The notes under the pieces were generated by a model, which ran no database searches, had not been told where the DNA came from, and saw nothing but the letters and a program-made list of their open reading frames with translations. 40,067 nucleotides of DNA from a virus (lineage: Duplodnaviria > Heunggongvirae > Uroviricota > Caudoviricetes): the IMG/VR virus record IMGVR_UViG_2585427781_000002; one strand, 5' to 3'. A program made the position numbers and the translations under genes. Every line of letters starts with the position of its first letter. The first letter of the stretch is position 1. Shown piece by piece: positions 32,200 through 40,067 of this stretch.

Positions 32200-32706
32200 T
32201 TAACTACCGCCCTTTCGGGCGGCCTCCTGATGTTCTGAGGGTGCAGAAATCCCTCCGGTTAAGGATTAAATTTTTAACAGTGCTAAATTTAATTATTCAG
32301 TTCTGGATTTTGTCACCCTGCGTATCCGCGCTTTCCCGTTACGCTCAATCTGAATTAGCTTTTCTATATTTTTTCGTCTTTCCCGTTCCTCCTGGCGCAA
32401 GAGCCTTACATCATCTGCCAGTCTGGTTTCTCTTTTCGCCACAGAGAGCATCCAGTCAAATGGCTCCACAACTGCACCTCAGATTTTACAGCGGACCTGA
32501 CGCTCTTTTTCGTCAACCCGGACAGAAGCGTGATGGCAATATGGTCTTTCCGATGGCTCATAAAGAAAATTAACCTGATTACGAGGGTCATCCTCTTTTA
32601 TCGGAAATAAAACGATATTGCTTAACTAATCCTCTGGTTTTATTTCCATGCTCCTCTCCTTTGATGCTAATGCCAGCGGTAATTGAAGCCTGATAGCTAA
32701 TTTCAC

Positions 32707-33129
32707 TCACAGTACCGCCTCCTGAAAATTACCCTGATAGAAAGCCAGTACACGCTGCATAGCTTCACTCTTCCGGCACTCGCGACAGATTATGTTTAGA
32801 CGACTGTCGTAGCGACGTATTTCTCCATCAGGTAGTGACCAGATAAGGTCCGGATCAACCACAGCGGGTTTCTTCACCTTCGCCCTAGAGAGTTTTTTGC
32901 GGGCATTTTGCCAGTCCTTTCGTGCCTGTTCAGACGGGAATAACCCGTAGCCGGAGTTGTATACATAACCACTGGCAACCAGCTCTCTGGCAAGAATGCT
33001 CATCAGATATCTTGTCGCACCTGTTTTAGCTTCCAACTGTCGTAATGTCTCGCGACCGCTCTGGCGCACAAGTTCGACCACCTGCTCTTTAATTTTTTCC
33101 CGCTCTTCCTGTGTAAAAACTTTTGCCAC
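32707..33129 (-). CDS. hypothetical phage protein (replication-module position)
   Basis: 140-aa ORF; its first ~42 codons overlap the last codons of the O-like ORF in another frame. Confidence 0.5.
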   Translation of the reverse strand: MAKVFTQEEREKIKEQVVELVRQSGRETLRQLEAKTGATRYLMSILARELVASGYVYNSGYGLFPSEQARKDWQNARKKLSRAKVKKPAVVDPDLIWSLPDGEIRRYDSRLNIICRECRKSEAMQRVLAFYQGNFQEAVL

Positions 33130-33878
33130 AAGTCCTCCTTAAAGGCAGCCTGTTCGTAAAGGTTCACGATCCGCCCCCAAATCCACTGCGCACACGCCAA
33201 ATCCTCCCTGCTACCCCACTGGCGTTTTTTCGCACTAAACACAACCGCGTCGGGGTTCCGGATTAAAAAATCCTGTTCAGCGGTCTGCAGGTCCGGTTGC
33301 GAAGCTTCCGGACGAAAAGTGTTTTTATTCTCTGTAGTAATCTCTGTTGTATTCTCTGTAAGATCATCAGGCCATTTTGACCCGATGACATTGGGTCGTT
33401 TTGAACCAATGGAGCGTTTCATTTTGACCTCTTCCATCGTGTCATTTTGACCTGATGGAGCGGCGCATTTTGAACCGATGGATTCGTTCAATTTGCCACC
33501 ATCTAAAAGCTCGCTCCCATAGTTGATCGTGTAGAAATTGGTCATATCGCGCTTTGATTTATTGAGCTTTTCACAACGCAAAAGCCCCAGCGTTTTCAGA
33601 CTTGCAAACGCGCGCTTTAACGTTGACTCTGACCAGAATGGGAACTGTTCCAGCCATTGTTCCGTTGTGTTGTAAATCCAGCGAACACCATCACATTCCA
33701 TGCCGGAATTGGTATCTCTCAACCAGTAATGCAACTGCTGCAACACAATGGCTTCATTTAAGCCAATCTTCATCGCAAGCTGTGTGTTTATAACCAGTGG
33801 GCGTTCAGCAAAAAGAAGGCTCATAATTCCATCCAGCTTTTTGTTGGTATTGCTGTCGATACGCAAGTTTGAAAGCAA
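33003..33878 (-). CDS. replication initiator, lambda O-like (replisome organizer N-terminal domain)
   Basis: N-terminal ..LNEAIVLQQLHYWLRDTN...RWIYNTTEQWLEQFPFWSESTLKRAFASLKTLGLL.. resembles phage replisome-organizer domains; the central SIGSK repeats are encoded by the iteron array inside the gene. The start may be an internal Met. Confidence 0.7.
   Translation of the reverse strand: MLSNLRIDSNTNKKLDGIMSLLFAERPLVINTQLAMKIGLNEAIVLQQLHYWLRDTNSGMECDGVRWIYNTTEQWLEQFPFWSESTLKRAFASLKTLGLLRCEKLNKSKRDMTNFYTINYGSELLDGGKLNESIGSKCAAPSGQNDTMEEVKMKRSIGSKRPNVIGSKWPDDLTENTTEITTENKNTFRPEASQPDLQTAEQDFLIRNPDAVVFSAKKRQWGSREDLACAQWIWGRIVNLYEQAAFKEDLWQKFLHRKSGKKLKSRWSNLCARAVARHYDSWKLKQVRQDI
33373..33500. repeat. 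iteron array (candidate origin of replication) inside the O-like gene
   Basis: Six direct repeats of CATTTTGA(A/C)C(N)GATGG-like units at about 23-bp spacing (starts near 33373, 33397, 33420, 33443, 33466, 33489), the last one degenerate. Confidence 0.65.
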
Positions 33879-34326
33879 TTGCTTTTTCTATAAGTTCGTC
33901 AGTTTCACGATCCACTACGGCAGGATCAGCAAAAAGCAGTCCGGACTCCACCACATCGCCATATTCTTTGTTTAACCCGGCGATCATGTACGTGATGCTT
34001 TTTCCGTCACTAATTTCACGATACAACCTGAAATCATTAATCCGGATAGCCTCCATAATTGCAGGCACTAGCGCCGTGAACTTTTCACGCTTATCCCTGG
34101 TGTCGATAGCCTTCCAGCGTTCGAATATCTTCACTCGATTAACGCCAAGCGCTCGCTGATCAACCGCGCCACCTTCATCTGTGACACGCTGAACATCGAT
34201 GTTCGGGCGCTCTTTCAAAGCCCAGAATGCTTCAGTGATTAATATCGTCGCCTGCTCCTGTGTCATTCCTGGTCGACATATCCAGGCATCCAGAGCCTCA
34301 CGAGCCTGTTCAGGAGTGATTTTCAT
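33805..34326 (-). CDS. hypothetical early-region protein (CII-position)
   Basis: 173-aa ORF between the Cro-like gene and the O-like gene; no confident family assignment. Confidence 0.45.
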   Translation of the reverse strand: MKITPEQAREALDAWICRPGMTQEQATILITEAFWALKERPNIDVQRVTDEGGAVDQRALGVNRVKIFERWKAIDTRDKREKFTALVPAIMEAIRINDFRLYREISDGKSITYMIAGLNKEYGDVVESGLLFADPAVVDRETDELIEKAIAFKLAYRQQYQQKAGWNYEPSFC

Positions 34327-34537
34327 TGTTCAACCGCCCCGCCCGCTTCGTCTTACGATATTCGTCATAAACCTTGGGATCATACAGAAGCTCCCCGCCA
34401 GATGCCTCCTGTAGACGCATCGCGCGACCTTCAGGAACCAGCTCTTGCCATTGAGAAACAGCAGATGGGTCAACGCCAGCAGCTTTCGCTACTTTGGCTT
34501 TCGTACCGTAAAAATTAATTACGTCTGATTTAAACAT
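34310..34537 (-). CDS. dicC: Cro-like repressor, DicC-like
   Basis: From ATG 34537 with GGAGGT RBS: MFKSDVINFYGTKAKVAKAAGVDPSAVSQWQELVPEGRAMRLQEASGGELLYDPKVY..., 75 aa, divergent from the dicA-like gene. Confidence 0.7.
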   Translation of the reverse strand: MFKSDVINFYGTKAKVAKAAGVDPSAVSQWQELVPEGRAMRLQEASGGELLYDPKVYDEYRKTKRAGRLNNENHS

Positions 34538-34614
34538 CGCACCTCCAATATTGAGTTTTCTCAATGCTAATCACTCAAGGAATCTCAAGTCAAGGGTTAT
34601 TAAGATATCTAAAT
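34538..34614. promoter_or_regulatory. divergent promoter/operator region between the dicC-like and dicA-like genes
   Basis: 77-bp intergenic region with palindrome TTGAG-TTTT-CTCAA (34551-34564) and repeated CTCAAG(G/T) units, consistent with repressor operators. Confidence 0.4.
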
Positions 34615-35022
34615 ATGAACGAGAAAACTTTAGGTCAACGCATTAGAGAAAGACGTAAGCAGGTAGGCTTAAGTCAAAACGGTTTAAGCAAAGCTGCTGG
34701 CGTATCTGGCTCATCAATTTCATTATGGGAAAGTGACCATACAGCCCCGCGTGGGCAAAATTTGCATCGCCTCGCCGAGGTATTGCAATGTTCACCAACC
34801 TGGATACTGTTTGGCGACGAGGACAAAACACCAGCTCCCCCTGTTTCACTCGATAGTGCCTTAGACTTATCGGAAGATGAGTTAGAGATGCTGCGTTTGT
34901 ATCGCGCACTTCCTAAATCAGAGCAACAAGCACAACTCAGCGAACTCCGCGCCCGCGTTGAGAATTTTAATCGCCTGTTCACCGAGCTATTAGAGGCTCG
35001 CAAACGCAACAAGCATCAATAA
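34615..35022 (+). CDS. dicA: CI-like repressor DicA (HTH XRE family)
   Basis: From ATG 34615: MNEKTLGQRIRERRKQVGLSQNGLSKAAGVSGSSISLWESDHTAPRGQNLHRLAEVLQCSPTWILFGDEDK..., 135 aa, closely resembling DicA as remembered. Confidence 0.9.
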   Translation: MNEKTLGQRIRERRKQVGLSQNGLSKAAGVSGSSISLWESDHTAPRGQNLHRLAEVLQCSPTWILFGDEDKTPAPPVSLDSALDLSEDELEMLRLYRALPKSEQQAQLSELRARVENFNRLFTELLEARKRNKHQ

Positions 35023-35214
35023 TCATCCCTTCACAAAATTTTAAAGCCTTACATTTCAATGTATTGGCTTTATCTTGCGCCAATACTTGAGTTTTCTCAT
35101 CAAAAAACCTTGACGAAAAATAATGAGAAAACTAAATTACCTCCATCAACACACCGCACGGTGTTCTCAGCAAACAGTTCCGCTACCCCGGCGTTAAGGG
35201 GAAATGAGGTCAGC

Positions 35215-35367
35215 ATGGATACTATCGATCTTGGCAACAGCGAATCTCTGGTATGTGGCGTGTTCCCCAACCAGGACGGTACGTTCACCGCGATGACATA
35301 TACCAAAAGCAAAACGTTTAAAACCGAATCTGGCGCGCGTTGCTGGTTAGCCAGAAACACTGACTGA
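35215..35367 (+). CDS. ydfA: YdfA-like small protein, first gene of the dicB operon
   Basis: From ATG 35215 with GAGGT RBS: MDTIDLGNSESLVCGVFPNQDGTFTAMTYTKSKTFKTESGARCWLARNTD, 50 aa. Confidence 0.7.
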   Translation: MDTIDLGNSESLVCGVFPNQDGTFTAMTYTKSKTFKTESGARCWLARNTD

Positions 35368-35744
35368 TGAGGCTGACGATGGAATTTAAAGATTTACCGT
35401 CTGATGTACAGAAAACAGCAGCTCATACATTGCATTCTGTGCTGCGAGAAATCGGGAAAGATATTGCAAGCGAGCCAGCAAAAGATCTGGCCCGGAAAAT
35501 CAAGACCGCTTTCGTTGAGCTTTATAATGTTGGCACTGACTCTGAAACTGTCGAGACCAAGACCGTAAGTTCACCAATATTCTCACTTGAGCCAGGCGTA
35601 TTAGCAGGTGAAATATGCACCGAGATTTCCAGCGAACTGCTTCCGGTAATACGAGAAGCAATTTGCCGTCGCGGTTTGGATGGAAGTTACGATCATGACG
35701 TCCTGCAAGTTCTCAGGACAATGGTGACTTCACTGGGGATTTGA
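35367..35744 (+). CDS. hypothetical protein of the dicB operon (YdfB/YdfC position)
   Basis: 125-aa ORF whose ATG overlaps the ydfA stop (TGATG). Confidence 0.55.
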   Translation: MRLTMEFKDLPSDVQKTAAHTLHSVLREIGKDIASEPAKDLARKIKTAFVELYNVGTDSETVETKTVSSPIFSLEPGVLAGEICTEISSELLPVIREAICRRGLDGSYDHDVLQVLRTMVTSLGI

Positions 35745-35913
35745 TCCCTGCGTCCTCTAACCTTTTGATATAGCGGTCCTCCAAGAAGCGGTAAATTTTG
35801 TCGAAATCATCTTTCCCCTCTGGTTTATTCAGAGGATTACAGGACCCGTAAGTAGCGGCATACATTTCAACCGTTTTATCAAAAATATAAGAGACAAATT
35901 CTTCTTTAGTCAT
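35713..35913 (-). CDS. hypothetical small protein antisense to the dicB operon
   Basis: 66-aa ORF from ATG 35913 with AAGGAA RBS-like sequence: MTKEEFVSYIFDKTVEMYAATYGSCNPLNKPEGKDDFDKIYRFLEDRYIKRLEDAGIKSPVKSPLS. Confidence 0.4.
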   Translation of the reverse strand: MTKEEFVSYIFDKTVEMYAATYGSCNPLNKPEGKDDFDKIYRFLEDRYIKRLEDAGIKSPVKSPLS

Positions 35914-36187
35914 ATAGATTTCCTTCTTGGTTATTCGGAATAAGAAGGATACCACCTCGCCTGACGTGGTTAAAAGCAGGCACACAACACGAAAGCGCAC
36001 GGCGAAGTTCGTCTCACTGTACGGTGTCGTTAAATTTAATTCGACCGTGCGCTTCCGGTTGTGGCAACCCGCGAAATGGCGCGGCGGTAAGTATGGCGGG
36101 GGTATTCCTTCCCCGTTGAGGACACCGAGTTGTCAGGTTGACCATACGCTTAAGTGACAACCCCGCTGCAACGCCCTCTGTTATCAA

Positions 36188-36246
36188 TTTTCTGGTGACG
36201 TTTGGCGGTATCAGTTTTACTCCGTGACTGCTCTGCCGCCGTTTTT
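36188..36246 (+). ncRNA. dicF: DicF small regulatory RNA
   Basis: TTTCTGGTGACGTTTGGCGGTATCAGTTTTACTCCGTGACTGCTCTGCCGCCGTTTTT matches the DicF sRNA as remembered, including the terminal hairpin plus T-run; located between the ydfB/C-position gene and dicB. Confidence 0.8.
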
Positions 36247-36415
36247 AAAGTGAATTTTGTGATGCGGTGAATGCGGCTAAGCGCACGCGGAACAGTTAAA
36301 ACCAAAAACAGTGTTATGGGTGGATTCTCTGTATCCGGCGTTAATTGTTAACTGGTTAACGTCACCTGGAGGCACCAGGCACTGCATCACAAAATTCATT
36401 GTTGAGGACGCGATA

Positions 36416-36604
36416 ATGAAAACGTTATTACCAAACGTTAATACGTCTGAAGGTTGTTTTGAAATTGGTGTCACTATCAGTAACCCTGTATTTACTGAAG
36501 ATGCCATTAACAAGAGAAAACAAGAACGGGAGCTATTAAATAAAATATGCATTGTTTCAATGCTGGCTCGTTTACGTCTGATGCCAAAAGGATGTGCACA
36601 ATGA
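36416..36604 (+). CDS. dicB: cell division inhibitor DicB
   Basis: From ATG 36416 with GAGGA RBS: MKTLLPNVNTSEGCFEIGVTISNPVFTEDAINKRKQERELLNKICIVSMLARLRLMPKGCAQ, 62 aa. Confidence 0.9.
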   Translation: MKTLLPNVNTSEGCFEIGVTISNPVFTEDAINKRKQERELLNKICIVSMLARLRLMPKGCAQ

Positions 36605-36792
36605 ATTCAGCATTTGCGCTTGTTCTGACAGTTTTTCTTGTTTCCGGAGAGCCAGTTGATATTGCAGTCAGTGTTCACAGGACAATGCAGGAGTGTATGA
36701 CTGCAGCAACCGAACAGAAAATTCCCGGTAACTGTTACCCGGTCGATAAAGTTATTCACCAGGATAATATCGAAATCCCGGCAGGTCTTTAA
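36601..36792 (+). CDS. ydfD: YdfD-like small membrane protein
   Basis: ATG overlaps the dicB stop (ATGA); MNSAFALVLTVFLVSGEPVDIAVSVHRTMQECMTAATEQKIPGNCYPVDKVIHQDNIEIPAGL, 63 aa. Confidence 0.8.
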   Translation: MNSAFALVLTVFLVSGEPVDIAVSVHRTMQECMTAATEQKIPGNCYPVDKVIHQDNIEIPAGL

Positions 36793-36885
36793 AACAGTTC
36801 CGTAATAAATATCCGGTTTCATTCTTATATGCCAGCAATGGCAGGGATTTGTTCATCCTTAAATCTGTCATGAGGTTAAAACAAA

Positions 36886-39357
36886 ATGAGTAAAGTCTTT
36901 ATTTGCGCCGCTATTCCTGACGAACTGGCAACAAGGGAAGAAGGCGCTGTGGCTGTAGCCACAGCCATTGAAGCTGGCGACGAACGCCGTGCTCGAGCAA
37001 AATTTCACTGGCAGTTCCTGGAACATTATCCGGCTGCTCAGGACTGCGCTTATAAATTTATTGTCTGCGAGGATAAACCTGGCATACCCCGCCCTGCCCT
37101 CGATTCATGGGATGCTGAATATATGCAGGAAAACCGCTGGGATGAGGAGTCTGCTTCTTTTGTCCCGGTTGAGACTGAATCCGATCCGATGAACGTCACT
37201 TTTGACAAGCTGGCCCCTGAAGTACAGAACGCTGTCATGGTTAAGTTCGACACATGTGAAAACATCACCGTTGATATGGTTATTAGCGCACAGGAATTGT
37301 TGCAGGAAGACATGGCAACATTCGACGGACATATCGTTGAAGCGTTGATGAAAATGCCAGAAGTTAACGCCATGTATCCGGAGCTTAAGTTGCACGCCAT
37401 TGGGTGGGTTAAGCATAAATGTATTCCTGGTGCTAAATGGCCCGAAATTCAGGCAGAGATGCGCATCTGGAAAAAACGTCGCGAAGGTGAACGCAAGGAA
37501 ACCGGAAAATACACGTCTGTTGTTGATCTCGCCCGCGCCAGAGCCAATCAACAGTACACTGAAAATTCAACAGGAAAAATCAGCCCGGTCATTGCTGCCA
37601 TTCATCGCGAATACAAGCAGACATGGAAAACACTGGATGACGAACTGGCCTACGCTCTCTGGCCTGGTGATGTGGATGCCGGAAACATTGACGGCAGCAT
37701 CCATCGCTGGGCAAAAAAAGAAGTTATCGACAACGACCGCGAAGACTGGAAGCGTATCTCGGCATCAATGCGCAAACAGCCTGATGCCCTTCGCTACGAC
37801 CGCCAGACTATTTTTGGCCTTGTCCGTGAGCGTCCGATCGACATTCACAAAGATCCCATAGCACTGAACAAATATATCTGCGAATACCTGACGACAAAGG
37901 GCGTGTTTGAGAATGAAGAAACAGACCTGGGCACTGTTGATGTTCTCCAGTCATCAGAAACACAAACTGATGCAGTGGAAACTGAGGTATCTGATATCCC
38001 AAAAAATGAAACCGCGCCGGAAGCTGAACCATCTGTAGAGCGTGAGGGGCCGTTCTATTTCCTCTTCGCAGATAAGGACGGAGAAAAATACGGTCGCGCA
38101 AACAAACTTTCTGGTCTGGATAAGGCACTGGCTGCTGGCGCCACTGAAATCACAAAAGAAGAATATTTTGCCCGAAAAAATGGCACATACACGGGCTTAC
38201 CGCAAAATGTAGATACCGCTGAAGATTCAGAACAACCAGAGCCGATAAAAGTTACCGCTGACGAAGTAAACAAAATTATGCAGGCAGCCAATATCAGCCA
38301 GCCTGACGCCGATAAGTTGCTTGCTGCATCACGTGGTGAATTTGTTGAAGGGATTAGTGACCCGAATGATCCGAAATGGGTTAAGGGGATCCAGACCCGC
38401 GATTCTGTGAACCAGAACCAGCATAAATCGGAACGGAACTACCAAAAAGCGGAACAAAACAGCACAAATGCGTTACAAAACGAGCCAGAAACGAAACAGC
38501 CTGAACCAGTGGCGCAACAGGAAGTGGAAAAAGTCTGCACCGCCTGCGGTCAGACCGGCGGCGGCAACTGCCCTGATTGTGGCGCGGTGATGGGCGACGC
38601 AACATATCAAGAAACATTCGATGAAGAATATCAGGTTGAAGTTCAGGAAGATGATCCGGAGGAAATGGAAGGCGCTGAACATCCACACAAGGAGAACACT
38701 GGCGGCAATCAGCATCACAATAGCGATAATGAAACTGGCGAGACGGCAGATCACTCAATTAAGGTGAACGGTCATCACGAAATCACATCCACCAGCAGGA
38801 CGTGTGACCATCTAATGATCGACCTTGAAACCATGGGAAAAAATCCTGATGCCCCGATCATCTCAATAGGTGCAATATTTTTCGATCCGCAAACCGGAGA
38901 TATGGGACCGGAATTTAGTAAGACTATCGATCTGGAAACTGCTGGCGGAGTCATTGATCGGAACACCATTAAATGGTGGCTTAAGCAATCACGCGAAGCG
39001 CAATCTGCCATTATGACCGATGAAATCCCGTTAGATGATGCACTGTTACAATTGCGGGAATTTATCGACGAAAACTCCGGTGAATTTTTTGTTCAGGTTT
39101 GGGGAAATGGAGCCAACTTCGACAACACGATTTTGCGCCGTTCATACGAACGGCAGGGGATCCCCTGCCCGTGGCGTTACTACAACGATCGCGATGTACG
39201 CACAATCGTTGAGCTGGGGAAAGCCATAGACTTCGATGCCAGAACGGCTATTCCATTCGAAGGTGAGCGCCATAATGCACTTGATGACGCCCGTTACCAG
39301 GCAAAATACGTTTCAGTTATCTGGCAAAAACTGATCCCGAGTCAGGCTGATTCTTAA
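36886..39357 (+). CDS. large early-region protein with a C-terminal DnaQ-like (DEDDh) 3'-5' exonuclease domain
   Basis: 823-aa ORF with GAGGT RBS; C-terminal ~200 aa carry exonuclease motifs (MIDLETMG..., ..GNGANFDNTIL.., ..HNALDDARYQA..); a central CxxC...CPDC zinc ribbon; N-terminal ~550 aa acidic and of unknown function. Confidence 0.6.
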   Translation: MSKVFICAAIPDELATREEGAVAVATAIEAGDERRARAKFHWQFLEHYPAAQDCAYKFIVCEDKPGIPRPALDSWDAEYMQENRWDEESASFVPVETESDPMNVTFDKLAPEVQNAVMVKFDTCENITVDMVISAQELLQEDMATFDGHIVEALMKMPEVNAMYPELKLHAIGWVKHKCIPGAKWPEIQAEMRIWKKRREGERKETGKYTSVVDLARARANQQYTENSTGKISPVIAAIHREYKQTWKTLDDELAYALWPGDVDAGNIDGSIHRWAKKEVIDNDREDWKRISASMRKQPDALRYDRQTIFGLVRERPIDIHKDPIALNKYICEYLTTKGVFENEETDLGTVDVLQSSETQTDAVETEVSDIPKNETAPEAEPSVEREGPFYFLFADKDGEKYGRANKLSGLDKALAAGATEITKEEYFARKNGTYTGLPQNVDTAEDSEQPEPIKVTADEVNKIMQAANISQPDADKLLAASRGEFVEGISDPNDPKWVKGIQTRDSVNQNQHKSERNYQKAEQNSTNALQNEPETKQPEPVAQQEVEKVCTACGQTGGGNCPDCGAVMGDATYQETFDEEYQVEVQEDDPEEMEGAEHPHKENTGGNQHHNSDNETGETADHSIKVNGHHEITSTSRTCDHLMIDLETMGKNPDAPIISIGAIFFDPQTGDMGPEFSKTIDLETAGGVIDRNTIKWWLKQSREAQSAIMTDEIPLDDALLQLREFIDENSGEFFVQVWGNGANFDNTILRRSYERQGIPCPWRYYNDRDVRTIVELGKAIDFDARTAIPFEGERHNALDDARYQAKYVSVIWQKLIPSQADS

Positions 39358-39429
39358 TGTTCAACTGTCGCCGGTTGTGACTGGTATTCTGCAACCGGCG
39401 CTCGTCTGATGTAAGAGATAAAGAAATCG

Positions 39430-39681
39430 ATGAGCGAAGTAATCATGATTGTCTCTCCCGGCAAATGGGTATCCGAAGAGCAGTTAATTGCGCTGAAAGG
39501 AATAAAAAAAGGTACGTTAAAAAAGGCCCGGGAAAAATCGTTTATGGAAGGAAGGGAATATAAGCATGTCGCTCATGACGGTATGCCATGGGATAACAGT
39601 CCATGCTTTTACAACCTGGAAGAAATTGATCGCTGGATTGAGCGCCAGGCATCAGCGAGACCAAGACGTCATCTTACTTGA
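39430..39681 (+). CDS. putative excisionase
   Basis: 83-aa ORF immediately upstream of the integrase start on the same strand; basic C-terminus. Confidence 0.55.
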   Translation: MSEVIMIVSPGKWVSEEQLIALKGIKKGTLKKAREKSFMEGREYKHVAHDGMPWDNSPCFYNLEEIDRWIERQASARPRRHLT

Positions 39682-39715
39682 CTAAAAGCCACACTAACTA
39701 ATGAGAGAAGTTGAA

Positions 39716-39828
39716 ATGAAATATCCGACAGGCGTGGAAAACCATGGAGGGAAATTACGTATCTGGTTTGTTTATAAAGGCGTAAGAGTCAGGGAAAATC
39801 TGGGGGTTCCTGACACAGCAAAAAACAG
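39716..39828 (+). pseudogene. integrase gene 5' fragment, truncated by IS1
   Basis: ATG 39716 gives MKYPTGVENHGGKLRIWFVYKGVRVRENLGVPDTAKNR, typical of lambdoid tyrosine-integrase N-termini as remembered; the frame is cut at 39829 by the IS1 terminal inverted repeat. Confidence 0.75.
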
Positions 39829-40067
39829 GGTAATGACTCCAACTTATTGATAGTGTTTTATGTTCAGATAATGCCCGATGACTTTGTCATGCAGCTCCAC
39901 CGATTTTGAGAACGACAGCGACTTCCGTCCCAGCCGTGCCAGGTGCTGCCTCAGATTCAGGTTATGCCGCTCAATTCGCTGCGTATATCGCTTGCTGATT
40001 ACGTGCAGCTTTCCCTTCAGGCGGGATTCATACAGCGGCCAGCCATCCGTCATCCATATCACCACGT
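39829..40067 (-). mobile_element. IS1 insertion sequence (partial, runs off the right edge)
   Basis: Begins with the terminal inverted repeat GGTAATGACTCCAACTTATTGATAGTG, followed by the reverse complement of the insB 3' end. Confidence 0.9.
39844..40065 (-). CDS. insB: IS1 transposase InsB, C-terminal part
   Basis: Track ORF ...[69 protein letters not shown] matches the InsB C-terminus as remembered. Confidence 0.9.
   Translation of the reverse strand: MVIWMTDGWPLYESRLKGKLHVISKRYTQRIERHNLNLRQHLARLGRKSLSFSKSVELHDKVIGHYLNIKHYQ

Noticed and set aside
32241-32573. 110-aa plus-strand ORF in the dark region
   Set aside because: Low-complexity, Leu/Phe/Pro-rich translation without a ribosome-binding site; more likely non-coding or the antisense of small minus-strand ORFs.
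36311-36415. N-terminal 35-codon extension of the dicB track ORF
   Set aside because: The extension overlaps the DicF terminator region and lacks an RBS; the ATG at 36416 has a good RBS and gives the canonical 62-aa DicB.

Overview
This window reads as a nearly complete mosaic lambdoid prophage from an Escherichia/Shigella-type genome, laid out in reverse orientation relative to the standard lambda map. All calls come from reading the ORF translations and the DNA by eye; no searches or computations were run, and family assignments rest on remembered similarity. Left to right: a lambda-like tail module on the minus strand (stf partial, lom, J, I, K, L, M, tape-measure H, G/T, V, U, Z), an HK97-style head module (protease-capsid fusion, portal, W, lambda-A-type large terminase, small terminase), a cold-shock gene cluster (cspI-like, gnsB-like), a phage-21-type lysis cassette (Rz/Rz1, SAR endolysin, pinholin), a low-GC cargo island (AraC regulator, DUF523/DUF1722 protein, Blc lipocalin) between holin and Q, then Q, a DUF968 protein, a hok toxin, a replication module with in-gene iterons, a Qin-like immunity region (dicC/dicA) and the dicB operon (ydfA, dicF sRNA, dicB, ydfD), an 823-aa exonuclease-like protein, xis, and an integrase gene cut after about 38 codons by an inverted IS1 that runs off the right edge. 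The most interesting points are the cargo island in the classic Q-to-holin moron slot, an in-frame amber codon splitting the tape-measure gene, the IS1-disrupted integrase, and a 1.3-kb stretch of small acidic ORFs and homopolymer tracts where Qin carries relBE. No CRISPR array, rRNA or tRNA was seen.
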